From: Pseudomonadota bacterium
GTDB taxonomy: Bacteria > Myxococcota > JACRCW01 > JAFGSX01
NCBI GenBank assembly: GCA_043821645.1
Contig: JBDRCO010000046.1
Location: forward strand, 1 to 64,000
Reading direction: 5' to 3'
DNA: 64,000 nucleotides
Under the pieces are notes generated by a model that was given only the letters and a program-made list of their open reading frames with translations, searched no databases and was not told the origin of the DNA. Of this stretch, positions 19,434 through 27,950 are shown piece after piece (position 1 is the stretch's first letter; each line of letters opens with the position of its first letter). A program made the translations under genes and the position numbers.

Positions 19434-20324
19434 CTACAGGTCCCGGCACCAGCCGTAGGGAAGGTTGAGACTCTCGGCACCCTGCAGGGCGATGCAGTTC
19501 TGGCCCGCGCTGCATGCGGGCTGCGTGCCCGGGTTCCACAGGTTGCAGTACTTGACGCAGAACCCGGACCCACCACAGACATTGCCCCGGGTGCAAAAGC
19601 GATTCTGTGCCGGGTCATTGCTGCAGGGATCGCCCTCGCCCTGGGTCCCGGTGTCAAAGCACACCCCGAACTCGTTGGTCGGATTGAGGGGGAGGCCCCA
19701 CAGCTGCGGGATGTGCTCGCAGTTCTGCTGCGGCGCGCAGCACAGCACACCGTCGGGAACCGGCGGATTCTGGCACAGCTGATTCTGTTCGAGCAGCGTG
19801 CACATGGGATTGCACAGGCCGCTGCCCTTGCCGTGGAACTCCAGGCACACCTCGCTCGACAGGCAGGTGCCGACGCTGGTGCCGTCGTCACGCTCGCCGC
19901 AGTTGCCCTCTTGGCAAAAACCCAGCTCCTGGTCGGGATCGAACCAGCACAGCTGACCCAGGCCGCACTTCGCAAAATCCGGGAAATCGCAGCGCGGCCG
20001 GCACACGCGCTTGCAGTTGCAGGTCTTGTTCCGGCACAGGTACTTGTCGTCTCCCTCGGGCCCGCAGCTCGCCGCGGTGTCGCAGGCGGTGCGGGCGCTG
20101 TCGTCGCAGTAGGCCTCGGCGCAGACACTGCTGTCGACGCATTCTCCGGTGTCCAGGCAGGCCTCGCCGATCTGCTTGACCCCGGACTTGACGCACAAAC
20201 CCTCGACGCAGGTGAAGCCAGGCTTGCACTCGCCGATGGCAGTACAGGGCCTGTTGTCCTCGGAGAAGATGTAGCAGCCCGTCGCCAGCGGGAGCAGCGC
20301 GAGGGCCGCGGAGATGCGCATCAT
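19434..20324 (-). CDS. Cys-rich lipoprotein
   Basis: MMRISAALALLPLATGC lipobox, very dense Cys modules; start overlaps the upstream stop (ATGA). Confidence 0.75.
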   Translation of the reverse strand: MMRISAALALLPLATGCYIFSEDNRPCTAIGECKPGFTCVEGLCVKSGVKQIGEACLDTGECVDSSVCAEAYCDDSARTACDTAASCGPEGDDKYLCRNKTCNCKRVCRPRCDFPDFAKCGLGQLCWFDPDQELGFCQEGNCGERDDGTSVGTCLSSEVCLEFHGKGSGLCNPMCTLLEQNQLCQNPPVPDGVLCCAPQQNCEHIPQLWGLPLNPTNEFGVCFDTGTQGEGDPCSNDPAQNRFCTRGNVCGGSGFCVKYCNLWNPGTQPACSAGQNCIALQGAESLNLPYGWCRDL

Positions 20325-21826
20325 CGGCCACCTCCCGCCGCCACCGGCATCCAGGCCGCACCGTCGCCGCCGGACCCGGGCGTGGCGAGGATGGTCTCGA
20401 CGTTCTCTTCCTCGGTGCCCGCGATGATGAACAGCACCACGGCCGTTGTGGCCAGCAGCGCGGTCACCGCGTAGCCCGCGGTGGCAATGAAGACGTCGCG
20501 CTGGCCCACGCCCATCAGATCCGGCGAACGCGGATCGATCTGCGGCATCTTCGACAGCTTGTCGTTGATGTGGACCGCCGAGATGGTGAACACGATGCCC
20601 GCGGCCAGGGGCAGGACGCCCACGCCGAGCGACACACCGCCCCACAGGAAGCCCGGGTGCAGGGGCCTATCCGGTCGTTGCGGTGCGTAGCCCGAGCCGA
20701 TCTGGCCCGAGGTGCCCTGGCCCGAGCTCACCCCGAGCTGGGCCTGGCGGAACTCGGTCAGGATGAACTCCTCGACGTTGGCGCGGAAGCGGGGCGAGCT
20801 GTAAGCGAAGGTGCGGGTGGCGGCGTGCAGGCGCTGCCCGGCCCCAGCGTCGTAGTGGGCCGCCTGCAAGGTCACGTCGTCACCGGAGGCGGTGACCTGC
20901 ACCAGCATGAGCTGGTCGACCTTGAACCAGGCTCCCAGCTCCTTGGTCGCGCTGCCCATGCCGTCCTGGGCCGCCTCGGGGCCCGCGCGGCGGACCAGAC
21001 CCTCGAACTGCGCGGCCTGGGCTGTGGGCTTGAGCGCGGCCTGCAAGGTCTCTTCGCTGTTCGCCACCAGCTCCACCACCTTGCCATATCCCTGGTAACC
21101 CGCGCGGTACAGCCGCACCAGGTGGCGGCCCGCAGGCAAGCGATCCACGGTCAAGGGCGACGAGCCGCGGAACACGCCGTCGACATAGACTTCGGCCGCA
21201 GCCGGGTTGGCATAGACAGACAGGGTGGCCTGTGCCGCCTGACCCACCTGCTCGCGCGCCTCCTCGTACAGCTCGAGCACGGTCGGCGGAAAGCCGCTGC
21301 CCTCGAGGGTGGCGCGGCGGTCGACCAGCAGGGCACGGGCAAAAGCGCTGCGCGCGCCGCTGCGGTCCGCCTTGAGGGCAGAGGTGGCACCCAGCATCTG
21401 CAGCGCACGCAGGTAAGGCGTGACGTCGACCAGGGCGCCGGCGCCGCGCTCGAAGGCGATCACGGCCTCGGTGAGCGTCGCCACCGCGGGCTCCAGCTCG
21501 AAGGCGTCATACATCTCGCGGCCGCGCTGCAGCTTCTCGAGACCCTGCAGCACCAGTGCACGCTCGGGCGGTGGCGCGTCACCGCTGAGCAAGCCCTCGA
21601 CGTCGAGCGGGCTGTAGCGCGGGTTCCGCTCGAAGCTCTGGCGCACCAGGTGGTCGACCAGCACGGCTTGCTGGGCCGAGGAACTGTCCCTCGCCAGGGC
21701 GAGGCTGGCGATGGAGATGCCCTCCCCCTCGTCCGCGAGGGCGCTTCCCGGCAGCCATCCCGCCAGCCCGATCGCAGCCATCCAGAGCGTCGTGCGCACG
21801 CGCCACCTCATGGTCCAGTACATCAT
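20321..21826 (-). CDS. PEGA-domain protein with TPR-like helices and C-terminal TM segments
   Basis: Signal peptide; LSVYANPAAAEVYVDGVFRGSSPL...LPAGRHLVRLYRAGY PEGA pattern. Confidence 0.85.
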   Translation of the reverse strand: MMYWTMRWRVRTTLWMAAIGLAGWLPGSALADEGEGISIASLALARDSSSAQQAVLVDHLVRQSFERNPRYSPLDVEGLLSGDAPPPERALVLQGLEKLQRGREMYDAFELEPAVATLTEAVIAFERGAGALVDVTPYLRALQMLGATSALKADRSGARSAFARALLVDRRATLEGSGFPPTVLELYEEAREQVGQAAQATLSVYANPAAAEVYVDGVFRGSSPLTVDRLPAGRHLVRLYRAGYQGYGKVVELVANSEETLQAALKPTAQAAQFEGLVRRAGPEAAQDGMGSATKELGAWFKVDQLMLVQVTASGDDVTLQAAHYDAGAGQRLHAATRTFAYSSPRFRANVEEFILTEFRQAQLGVSSGQGTSGQIGSGYAPQRPDRPLHPGFLWGGVSLGVGVLPLAAGIVFTISAVHINDKLSKMPQIDPRSPDLMGVGQRDVFIATAGYAVTALLATTAVVLFIIAGTEEENVETILATPGSGGDGAAWMPVAAGGGR

Positions 21827-21951
21827 TATCCCCTGCTCGATAGCAGAGGTTGCCCCTGGCCTCAACCGCCGCCGGGGGCTGCGTCTCCCGTCGTCCTGCG
21901 ACGGTGACCTGTCCGACGTCACGCTGGACAAAAAAAGCGGTGGATAAGCGC

Positions 21952-21981
21952 TTGACACCCCACTCGGCGGATCTCTAGGAT
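21952..21981 (+). promoter_or_regulatory. sigma70 promoter of tRNA-Lys
   Basis: TTGACA-N18-TAGGAT, with an A-tract upstream (UP-element-like). Confidence 0.7.
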
Positions 21982-21993
21982 GCGCCTTCTCGA

Positions 21994-22066
21994 GGGCGCG
22001 TAGCTCAATTGGTAGAGCAATGGACTCTTAATCCATAGGTTGTGGGTTCGATTCCCTCCGCGCTCA
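21994..22066 (+). tRNA. tRNA-Lys(CTT); CCA not encoded
   Basis: Acceptor GGGCGCG/CGCGCTC + A; D-arm GCTC/GAGC; anticodon arm ATGGA-CTCTTAA-TCCAT; T-loop TTCGATT (one T.T mismatch in the T-stem). Confidence 0.95.
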
Positions 22067-22100
22067 AAAAACCCCCGATCACGTCGGGGGTTTTTGTTTT
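22066..22100 (+). terminator. Intrinsic terminator (bidirectional shape)
   Basis: AAAAAA-CCCCCGA-tcacg-TCGGGGG-TTTTTGTTTT. Confidence 0.85.
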
Positions 22101-22287
22101 CTGGGGCACCTTCCAAAGAGGGGAGCGCGCGTTCACCCCTGCGGGACCTCGGGTCGCGCTGGCGCGGGTCCGCTTGCGACCGGGGACCACATCTCGTACA
22201 ACCAGAGATGAACAGGCGACCGCTCCAAAATTCCTGTGTGCTGGATAATGATTGGCGGGCCAGTGGGTCCGCGTGGGGATCTGTGGA

Positions 22288-22638
22288 ATGAGCATGCCCG
22301 CGACCTGGAAAAACGCGATGGAGTCGCTGGAGCCAGACAAGCAACAGGCGGTCAAGGCCTGGCTGGACACCCAGATGTTCATCGCGCGTGAGCTCGGGCT
22401 CGAGGCCGAGGAGTGGTTCGAGTACGTCGAGTGGGCGTTCAAGAATCCTTTTGATTTTGGCTTTGCCGCCGACGGTGGCCTGGTGCAGATCCATGCCGAC
22501 GGCATGCTCAACGCTGCGGTGCGGGACAGCGCCGCCAAGGCCGTGGGTGGGGTGACCAGGACCAAGCTGCCGGGTGGTGGTGGTCCGGGCAACCTGCTCA
22601 ACATGGTGGTGCAGGGCAAGAAGAGCCGGGACAAGTGA
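22288..22638 (+). CDS. Small hypothetical protein
   Basis: Open frame with host-like codon usage (MSMPATWK...). Confidence 0.65.
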   Translation: MSMPATWKNAMESLEPDKQQAVKAWLDTQMFIARELGLEAEEWFEYVEWAFKNPFDFGFAADGGLVQIHADGMLNAAVRDSAAKAVGGVTRTKLPGGGGPGNLLNMVVQGKKSRDK

Positions 22639-22769
22639 ACTGGGGACGGATGGGCGGCCGACGCCCTGATGGACAACGCGAGCTTGCTGCCGGGGAGGGG
22701 CCCCGGCGAGATTCATTCTCGACGGGGAGGGGGCGGCCGACGCCCCCGTAGAAAGTAACGGAGGTCGTG

Positions 22770-23072
22770 ATGAGTTTTCTCAGTCGTCTGGGCAAGGGGC
22801 TGGCAGCGGGCCTTCTCACCGACTCGTTCTCGGGCGCAGCGGCCGCGGCCCTGACCGACAACTTTGGCATTGGGGTTGGCACGGGCGTCGGCTCGCGCCT
22901 GCTTGACGGCATGAACTACGGCTCGGTCTATCCGTCGTGGGGCGGTGACTATGGCTGGGGCGGTGGCGCCGGCGGCTACGGCGGCATGGACATGAACTAC
23001 TCGAACTACATGTACAACGCCTCGTACAACAACTTCTTCGACAACATGGCGACGACCATCGCCTGGTACTGA
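22770..23072 (+). CDS. Small Gly/Tyr/Asn-rich hypothetical protein
   Basis: GGAGG RBS, host-like codons; amphipathic N-terminus, Gly zipper, N/Y-rich tail. Confidence 0.75.
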   Translation: MSFLSRLGKGLAAGLLTDSFSGAAAAALTDNFGIGVGTGVGSRLLDGMNYGSVYPSWGGDYGWGGGAGGYGGMDMNYSNYMYNASYNNFFDNMATTIAWY

Positions 23073-23076
23073 CGGC

Positions 23077-23343
23077 ATGAGCGAGCAAAAGCCCAAGCAA
23101 AATCGCGTGTCGCGCTGGCTACAGGACCTCAAGCAGGCCGGCCCCGACGAGGCCAAGGCCAAGGCGGCGCTCAACAAGGTGCGCGACGATACCAACGCCA
23201 CCGCTCGCGACCACGAGGACTTCTACCGCGCCCTGGCACAGCAATCCTTCGTCTGGTACCTCGAGGCCATCCGTGGCCAGCCCTACACGGCCGAGGAGAT
23301 GCGCTTTTTGGTCCTCAGCGAGGCCAAGAAGGCCGAGGCCTGA
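23077..23343 (+). CDS. Small helical hypothetical protein
   Basis: Starts 4 nt after the previous stop; followed by hairpin CGGAGA-tccc-TCTCCG. Confidence 0.7.
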   Translation: MSEQKPKQNRVSRWLQDLKQAGPDEAKAKAALNKVRDDTNATARDHEDFYRALAQQSFVWYLEAIRGQPYTAEEMRFLVLSEAKKAEA

Positions 23344-23547
23344 CCGTCGGAGATCCCTCTCCGGCCTGTGCTGGTATCCAAAAAATTCCGTCGTCACCGA
23401 GCGCGATCAGCAGGTGAAGCGTCCTTGGCTGTGCTGGCTGGAGGGTTTACCCGGAACAGCCAGTCCAACAAAGAGGCAGCGGGGTGTTTCAGGGCCGGCG
23501 CCCCAGGCTGCCTGACTGTCGCCGGGACAGTAGCTCGCGCACCGCGC

Positions 23548-24408
23548 TCAGGGCGCGATGTCGAAGTGGTAGTTGTGGCCGAAGTCCGAGTCCCAGGCCT
23601 GGCAGGTGGGCGGGTACTGGGTGTTCTCGAACCACAGCTCGACGTGGCGGGCGCCGACCGGCACCGGGTACACGGCCAGCACCGGGTGCACGTGATTGTC
23701 GCCCTGGCCGCCGTAGCGGGTCACGGACTGCGTCGGCACATAGGTCCCGTCGTCGAAGCGCAGGTGGGCCAGGATCTCCCAGTTCTCGAAGCCGCGGTAC
23801 ACGACGCGACACTGTGGCAGGCGGTCCCAGTCGTAGTCGATGACCAGCACGCTGTCCGCGTGCAGCTCGCCCTCGACGCGCTCGCTCCAGTCGTCCGAAA
23901 ATCGAACGCGCACCGGCTTCCAGGGCCGCAGCGCGAAGTGGTAGTTGTCGCCGAAGGCGCTGTCGTACTCGACACAGCCGGCGTCGTTGTCTGCCCACAG
24001 CCAGATCTCGACCGCGGTGACGTCGGCGCGCAGCACGGTCATGGCCCAGCGGTCGTAGCCGGGCCAGCCCTGGTCGAGGAGCACCTCGCGGGTGTCGCCG
24101 TCGGCGTAACGAAGGCCCGCGTGCACCCGCCCGGTGGTGCCGCAGACGGTGAAGCGGCTGGGGTGCGCGGTGATCATGAGCTCGGCACCGGCGTAGAGCA
24201 TCTGGTTGACGTACTCGCCCCAGTTCTCGCCGAAGTTGATCGAGGCGCCCGGGGGCGTGGCCAGGTCTGCATCGGAGGCCAGCGGTCCGTAAGTCTGGTC
24301 GCCGGCCAGGGCCCGCTCGTCGACGGGCTGATCGCCGTCGAGGTCGAGGCCGCAGGAGCACAGACCGACCAGCGAAGAGACCAGGATGATGCTGCGCAGC
24401 GTTTTCAT
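23548..24408 (-). CDS. Lipoprotein with two DUF6209-like beta-sandwich modules
   Basis: Lipobox-like LCSC; duplicated EIW/ELW...YDSAFGDNYHF and WDSDFGHNYHF motifs; IDYDWDRLPQCR; GAGG RBS. Confidence 0.75.
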   Translation of the reverse strand: MKTLRSIILVSSLVGLCSCGLDLDGDQPVDERALAGDQTYGPLASDADLATPPGASINFGENWGEYVNQMLYAGAELMITAHPSRFTVCGTTGRVHAGLRYADGDTREVLLDQGWPGYDRWAMTVLRADVTAVEIWLWADNDAGCVEYDSAFGDNYHFALRPWKPVRVRFSDDWSERVEGELHADSVLVIDYDWDRLPQCRVVYRGFENWEILAHLRFDDGTYVPTQSVTRYGGQGDNHVHPVLAVYPVPVGARHVELWFENTQYPPTCQAWDSDFGHNYHFDIAP

Positions 24409-24411
24409 GGG

Positions 24412-24453
24412 GTCACCTCTATTAGTAACTCAGTATAGAGTTACTTTGGTGAC
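24412..24453. promoter_or_regulatory. Operator-like inverted repeat
   Basis: AGTAACTC-N6-GAGTTACT (24424-24445) flanked by GTCACC/GGTGAC, directly upstream of the DUF6209-like gene. Confidence 0.55.
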
Positions 24454-24564
24454 GCACTTCGTCAAGAGGCGTGTTAAAATTGGGATGAGATACAAAATAG
24501 TTTAATAAAACATATAGATAGAAACTCCCGACCTCCGCAGCATCGCCGCAAGGGCTCGGGCCGC

Positions 24565-24580
24565 TGGCACGGGACTGGCC
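24565..24580 (+). promoter_or_regulatory. Putative sigma-54 promoter for the EGF-repeat gene
   Basis: TGGCACGGGACTGGCC has GG-N10-GC spacing; AT-rich tract 24470-24525 upstream. Confidence 0.45.
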
Positions 24581-24642
24581 AGGATCTGGGACAGGCCGTG
24601 CATGTTAAGCTTTTGCTTCTGCTCGGCTTGCCCGGAGGTTGC

Positions 24643-26856
24643 ATGAGACGCCACGCCTCGCTGCTCCTGCTCACACTGCCGCTGTGGCAGGCCTGCCCCG
24701 AGGCCCCGGGCATCCTGCCTCCCACGGACAGCGGCGCACACTCCACCCTCGACAGCGGGGTGGCCGCCGACGCCGTGCTCGACACAGGTGCAGGCAGGGA
24801 TCAGGGCGGTGGTGTCGACGCGACGGTCATTGTGGATGCCGCATTGCGCGACAGCGCACTTGGATGGGATCAGCAGCTGACGCTGGACAGCGGGTCCAGC
24901 CTGGACGCCTCCGGCACCGTGGACTCGACGACGGACATGGACTCGGCGACGGGCGTGGACGCGGCGACGGGCGTTGACTCGGCGACGGGCGTGGACTCGG
25001 CGACGGGTGTGGACGCAGCGACGGGTGTGGACGTGGCGACGGGCGTTGACTCGGCGACGGGTGTGGACGCAGCGATGGGTGTGGACGCGGCCTGCCTGGG
25101 CGGTTACGAGAACAGCGACGGCGGTTGCGTGGACATCGACGAATGCGATCGCGGCACGGACCTCTGCGATGCTCTGGTGGCCTGCCACAACGTCGACGGC
25201 GACTACTGGTGCGAGCCCTGCCCGAGCGGCTATGACGACGTCAACGGTGACGGCACCCTGTGCCAGGACACGGACGGCTGCGCCGGCGCTCCCTGCTTCG
25301 CGGGGGTGAGCTGCACCGACGTGCCGGCGCCGGGCTCGGGCTTCAGCTGCGGCGCCTGCCCCGCGGGCCACGTGGGCGACGGCATCATCTGCCTCGCCCT
25401 CGTCGACTGCAGCCAGGGCCAGGCCTGCGACCCCAACGCCAGCTGCCGCGATGTGGGCAGCGGCCTGCTGCGCTGCGCCTGCAACCCGGGCTGGACCTGG
25501 AACGGCAGCGCCTGCGTCGACGTCGACGAGTGCAGCACGGGCGACTTCACCTGCGGCCCGCACCGGGTGTGCCAGAACACCCCGGGCAGCTACACCTGCG
25601 CCTGCGACACGGGGTACTGGGGCGATGCCGTGATGTGCAGCAAGACCGTGACCGCGTGCACGGCCTGCCAGGCCGCGGTCACCGACTGCAACTGGATCAA
25701 CAGCACGGTGCGCTATGCCTGCGTGTGCAAGCCGGGCTTCCTGGGCGGCGGCGTGTCCACGGACCCCTGCGTCGCCACCGGCTTCGGTTTGCAGTGGGAC
25801 CTGCAGCAGGCCTCGGGCTACGCGGGCCAGTGCTGGAACGGGCTCGACCTGGTGAAGACCGAGAACAGCGCGCCCGCGGACTTTGCCGGCGAGCGCATCG
25901 AGCTGAGCTCCAACATGCCGCTTTTCGAGGGTGCGGACTGCCAGGGCGACGCGGTGTACGAGGTGGTGGCGGGCGACGGCGCCGCCCGCGTCGAGCTCAG
26001 CGCGCGACCCAGCTGGGCCAGCTCATACGAGGAGCTGAGCGCCCGCAACCAGGTGCTGGGGCGAGCCCTGATCACCGTGGGCGTCGGGGACGGGCCGGCC
26101 ACCCAGCTGGTGTTCCAGGACACGTCGGCCCTGGGTACCACCACGGGCTGCATGTCAGGCAAGGTCACCATCCAGAAAGAGGACGGCAGTCCGGCCATCG
26201 AAGCGCAGGACATCTCGGTGCTGCTGTCGTCGACGACTGGGGAGACGCTGTTTTCGGGCAGCTACACCTGCGCCAACGCCGCAGCCACGGTCACGCGCAG
26301 CATCACCTACTACAGCCCCACCACGACCTTCTACTGGAAGAGCGCGACGGGCAGCATCGCCACGGATACCTTGCTGGCCGAGGACCCGAACGCTGTGCTG
26401 GCCGGCGACAGCCACGACGTGAGCTACGGTGCACCCGCGCCATCAGGCATCGCCTTTGGCAGCGCGTACTACTCGTTCGAGGACATCAGCACGGGCAGCT
26501 GCCACTCGGGCACGGTGCGCGTGGTCGATGCGGGCGGCGTGCCCATCAACACGCCCACCGCTTTGCCGGTCACCCTGTCGAGCACCAGTGGCAGCGTCAG
26601 CTTCTACACCTCGTCTGGTTGTGGGGGGGCGACCAGCAGCGTGACCATCGCCGGCGGCACCTCGACGGTGACCTTCTACATGCGGGCGACCAGCTTCGGT
26701 TCCTATCCCCTGGCGGCGAGCTCGTCGCTGGGCGACGCAGCGAGCACGCTGAGCATCCTCGACCACTGCAACCATAGCTGCTATCCGAGCGGCCACCCCA
26801 CCTGCGGTAGCTGCAGCAAGTGCTGCTCGGGGGTGTGCAGCTCGGTGTGCTCCTAG
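24643..26856 (+). CDS. Secreted/lipoprotein with Ca-binding EGF-like repeats and Ig-like C-terminal domains
   Basis: GGAGG RBS; signal ending [30 protein letters not shown] and [15 protein letters not shown]. Confidence 0.85.
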   Translation: MRRHASLLLLTLPLWQACPEAPGILPPTDSGAHSTLDSGVAADAVLDTGAGRDQGGGVDATVIVDAALRDSALGWDQQLTLDSGSSLDASGTVDSTTDMDSATGVDAATGVDSATGVDSATGVDAATGVDVATGVDSATGVDAAMGVDAACLGGYENSDGGCVDIDECDRGTDLCDALVACHNVDGDYWCEPCPSGYDDVNGDGTLCQDTDGCAGAPCFAGVSCTDVPAPGSGFSCGACPAGHVGDGIICLALVDCSQGQACDPNASCRDVGSGLLRCACNPGWTWNGSACVDVDECSTGDFTCGPHRVCQNTPGSYTCACDTGYWGDAVMCSKTVTACTACQAAVTDCNWINSTVRYACVCKPGFLGGGVSTDPCVATGFGLQWDLQQASGYAGQCWNGLDLVKTENSAPADFAGERIELSSNMPLFEGADCQGDAVYEVVAGDGAARVELSARPSWASSYEELSARNQVLGRALITVGVGDGPATQLVFQDTSALGTTTGCMSGKVTIQKEDGSPAIEAQDISVLLSSTTGETLFSGSYTCANAAATVTRSITYYSPTTTFYWKSATGSIATDTLLAEDPNAVLAGDSHDVSYGAPAPSGIAFGSAYYSFEDISTGSCHSGTVRVVDAGGVPINTPTALPVTLSSTSGSVSFYTSSGCGGATSSVTIAGGTSTVTFYMRATSFGSYPLAASSSLGDAASTLSILDHCNHSCYPSGHPTCGSCSKCCSGVCSSVCS
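24931..25092 (+). repeat. Coding tandem repeat, 9 x 18 bp (TGVD[S/A]A)
   Basis: Units such as ACGGGCGTGGACTCGGCG repeated in frame with no spacers. Confidence 0.9.
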
Positions 26857-27950
26857 CGGGCGTTCCCGGTCGACGCGGGCAGCCACGCGCGGAGGGCGGC
26901 GTCGACGCGCTTGGGTCGGCGCAGCCACACGAAGTGATCCCCGTCGAGCTCGAGGTAGGTCCAGGTGTCCGCGTGCTGCTGGGCCAGGCGGCGGGCGCGG
27001 GCCGTACTCACGCGCCTGTCTTGGTCCCCTTGAACCAGCAGCACGGGAAGCTCTGCCGGTACTTCGCCCCGGGGCAAACCCGAGATCAGGATCAGGCGCT
27101 CGGGCCTGGGCTGCAGGGCGCTGGCGATGGCGCCCGCGCCGAGAGCGCCGTTGGACAGGCCCGCGAGGATGTAGCGGGTGATGCCTCGGGCGCGCAGGGC
27201 CTCGACCGCCTGCTGCGCCACCTCGAGGCCGCGGGCGCTCCACCAGTCGCCCTGGGTGCCCAGCGAGGGGCACAGGGTGACGGATACCTGCTGGCGCACG
27301 GCGTGGGCCATGGCCCAGCAGGGCCAGGCGAAGTTTCCGCCGAAGCCATGTAAAAAGATGAGTCCGATTTCCGGACTTCTCAGTGCACTGTGGACCACCA
27401 GGGCGTCGACCAGGCCAGCCTGTTGCCGGGCGCGCCAGGTCGGGGCGCCGGCGCGAAGACCGTCGGGGGCCGTCAGCACGGCGTCGTAGCCCGCGGCCAG
27501 ACCCTGCTTCAGGCCCTGGGCTTCGCCGGGCTCGAGCCAGCGGGTGCCTGGCAGCATCTGTGCCGCCAGCAGCACCAGGTCGCGCTCCTCGAGCAACCAG
27601 GCCGGTGGGTCGGCCGGGGTGACGACGGAGCCACGCTCCGGGCCCGCATCCGCGCGCGCGACCGAGACCATGCCTCCCGCGTCCGACGCGCACGAGCGCG
27701 GCACCGTGGTGACGATGAGGAGCACCGCGCCCGCCAGGCCCGAGGACCAGGTCAGGAGCCCTCGCTGCAGGGGTGCGCCGAGCGCGGCCAGCTCGATCAG
27801 CAGCAGGCCACCGAGCAGGGCCCACGACGACAGCGAGAGCGAGGTCTGCGCCGCGGCGACCAGGGCCAGGGCCAGGGGGTAGATCAGGAGCAGCGCGAGT
27901 CCGAAGCTCAGCCAGCGCACGGCGCGCTTCAGATCGGTGGTGACGCTCAT
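26853..27950 (-). CDS. Membrane-anchored alpha/beta hydrolase
   Basis: N-terminal TM helices; FLHGFGG, GLSNG nucleophile elbow, VQGDQD, GDHF. Confidence 0.8.
   Translation of the reverse strand: MSVTTDLKRAVRWLSFGLALLLIYPLALALVAAAQTSLSLSSWALLGGLLLIELAALGAPLQRGLLTWSSGLAGAVLLIVTTVPRSCASDAGGMVSVARADAGPERGSVVTPADPPAWLLEERDLVLLAAQMLPGTRWLEPGEAQGLKQGLAAGYDAVLTAPDGLRAGAPTWRARQQAGLVDALVVHSALRSPEIGLIFLHGFGGNFAWPCWAMAHAVRQQVSVTLCPSLGTQGDWWSARGLEVAQQAVEALRARGITRYILAGLSNGALGAGAIASALQPRPERLILISGLPRGEVPAELPVLLVQGDQDRRVSTARARRLAQQHADTWTYLELDGDHFVWLRRPKRVDAALRAWLPASTGNAR

Noticed and set aside
23399-23549. Retron msr-msd or hammerhead ribozyme
   Set aside because: No reverse transcriptase gene in the window and no CUGANGA core found; kept only as a generic structured-RNA candidate.
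21994-24400. Integrated element at tRNA-Lys
   Set aside because: No integrase, no duplicated tRNA 3' end noticed, and downstream genes have host-like composition.
24931-25092. Possible CRISPR-like array
   Set aside because: Contiguous 18-bp in-frame units without spacers, inside a CDS; no cas genes in the window.
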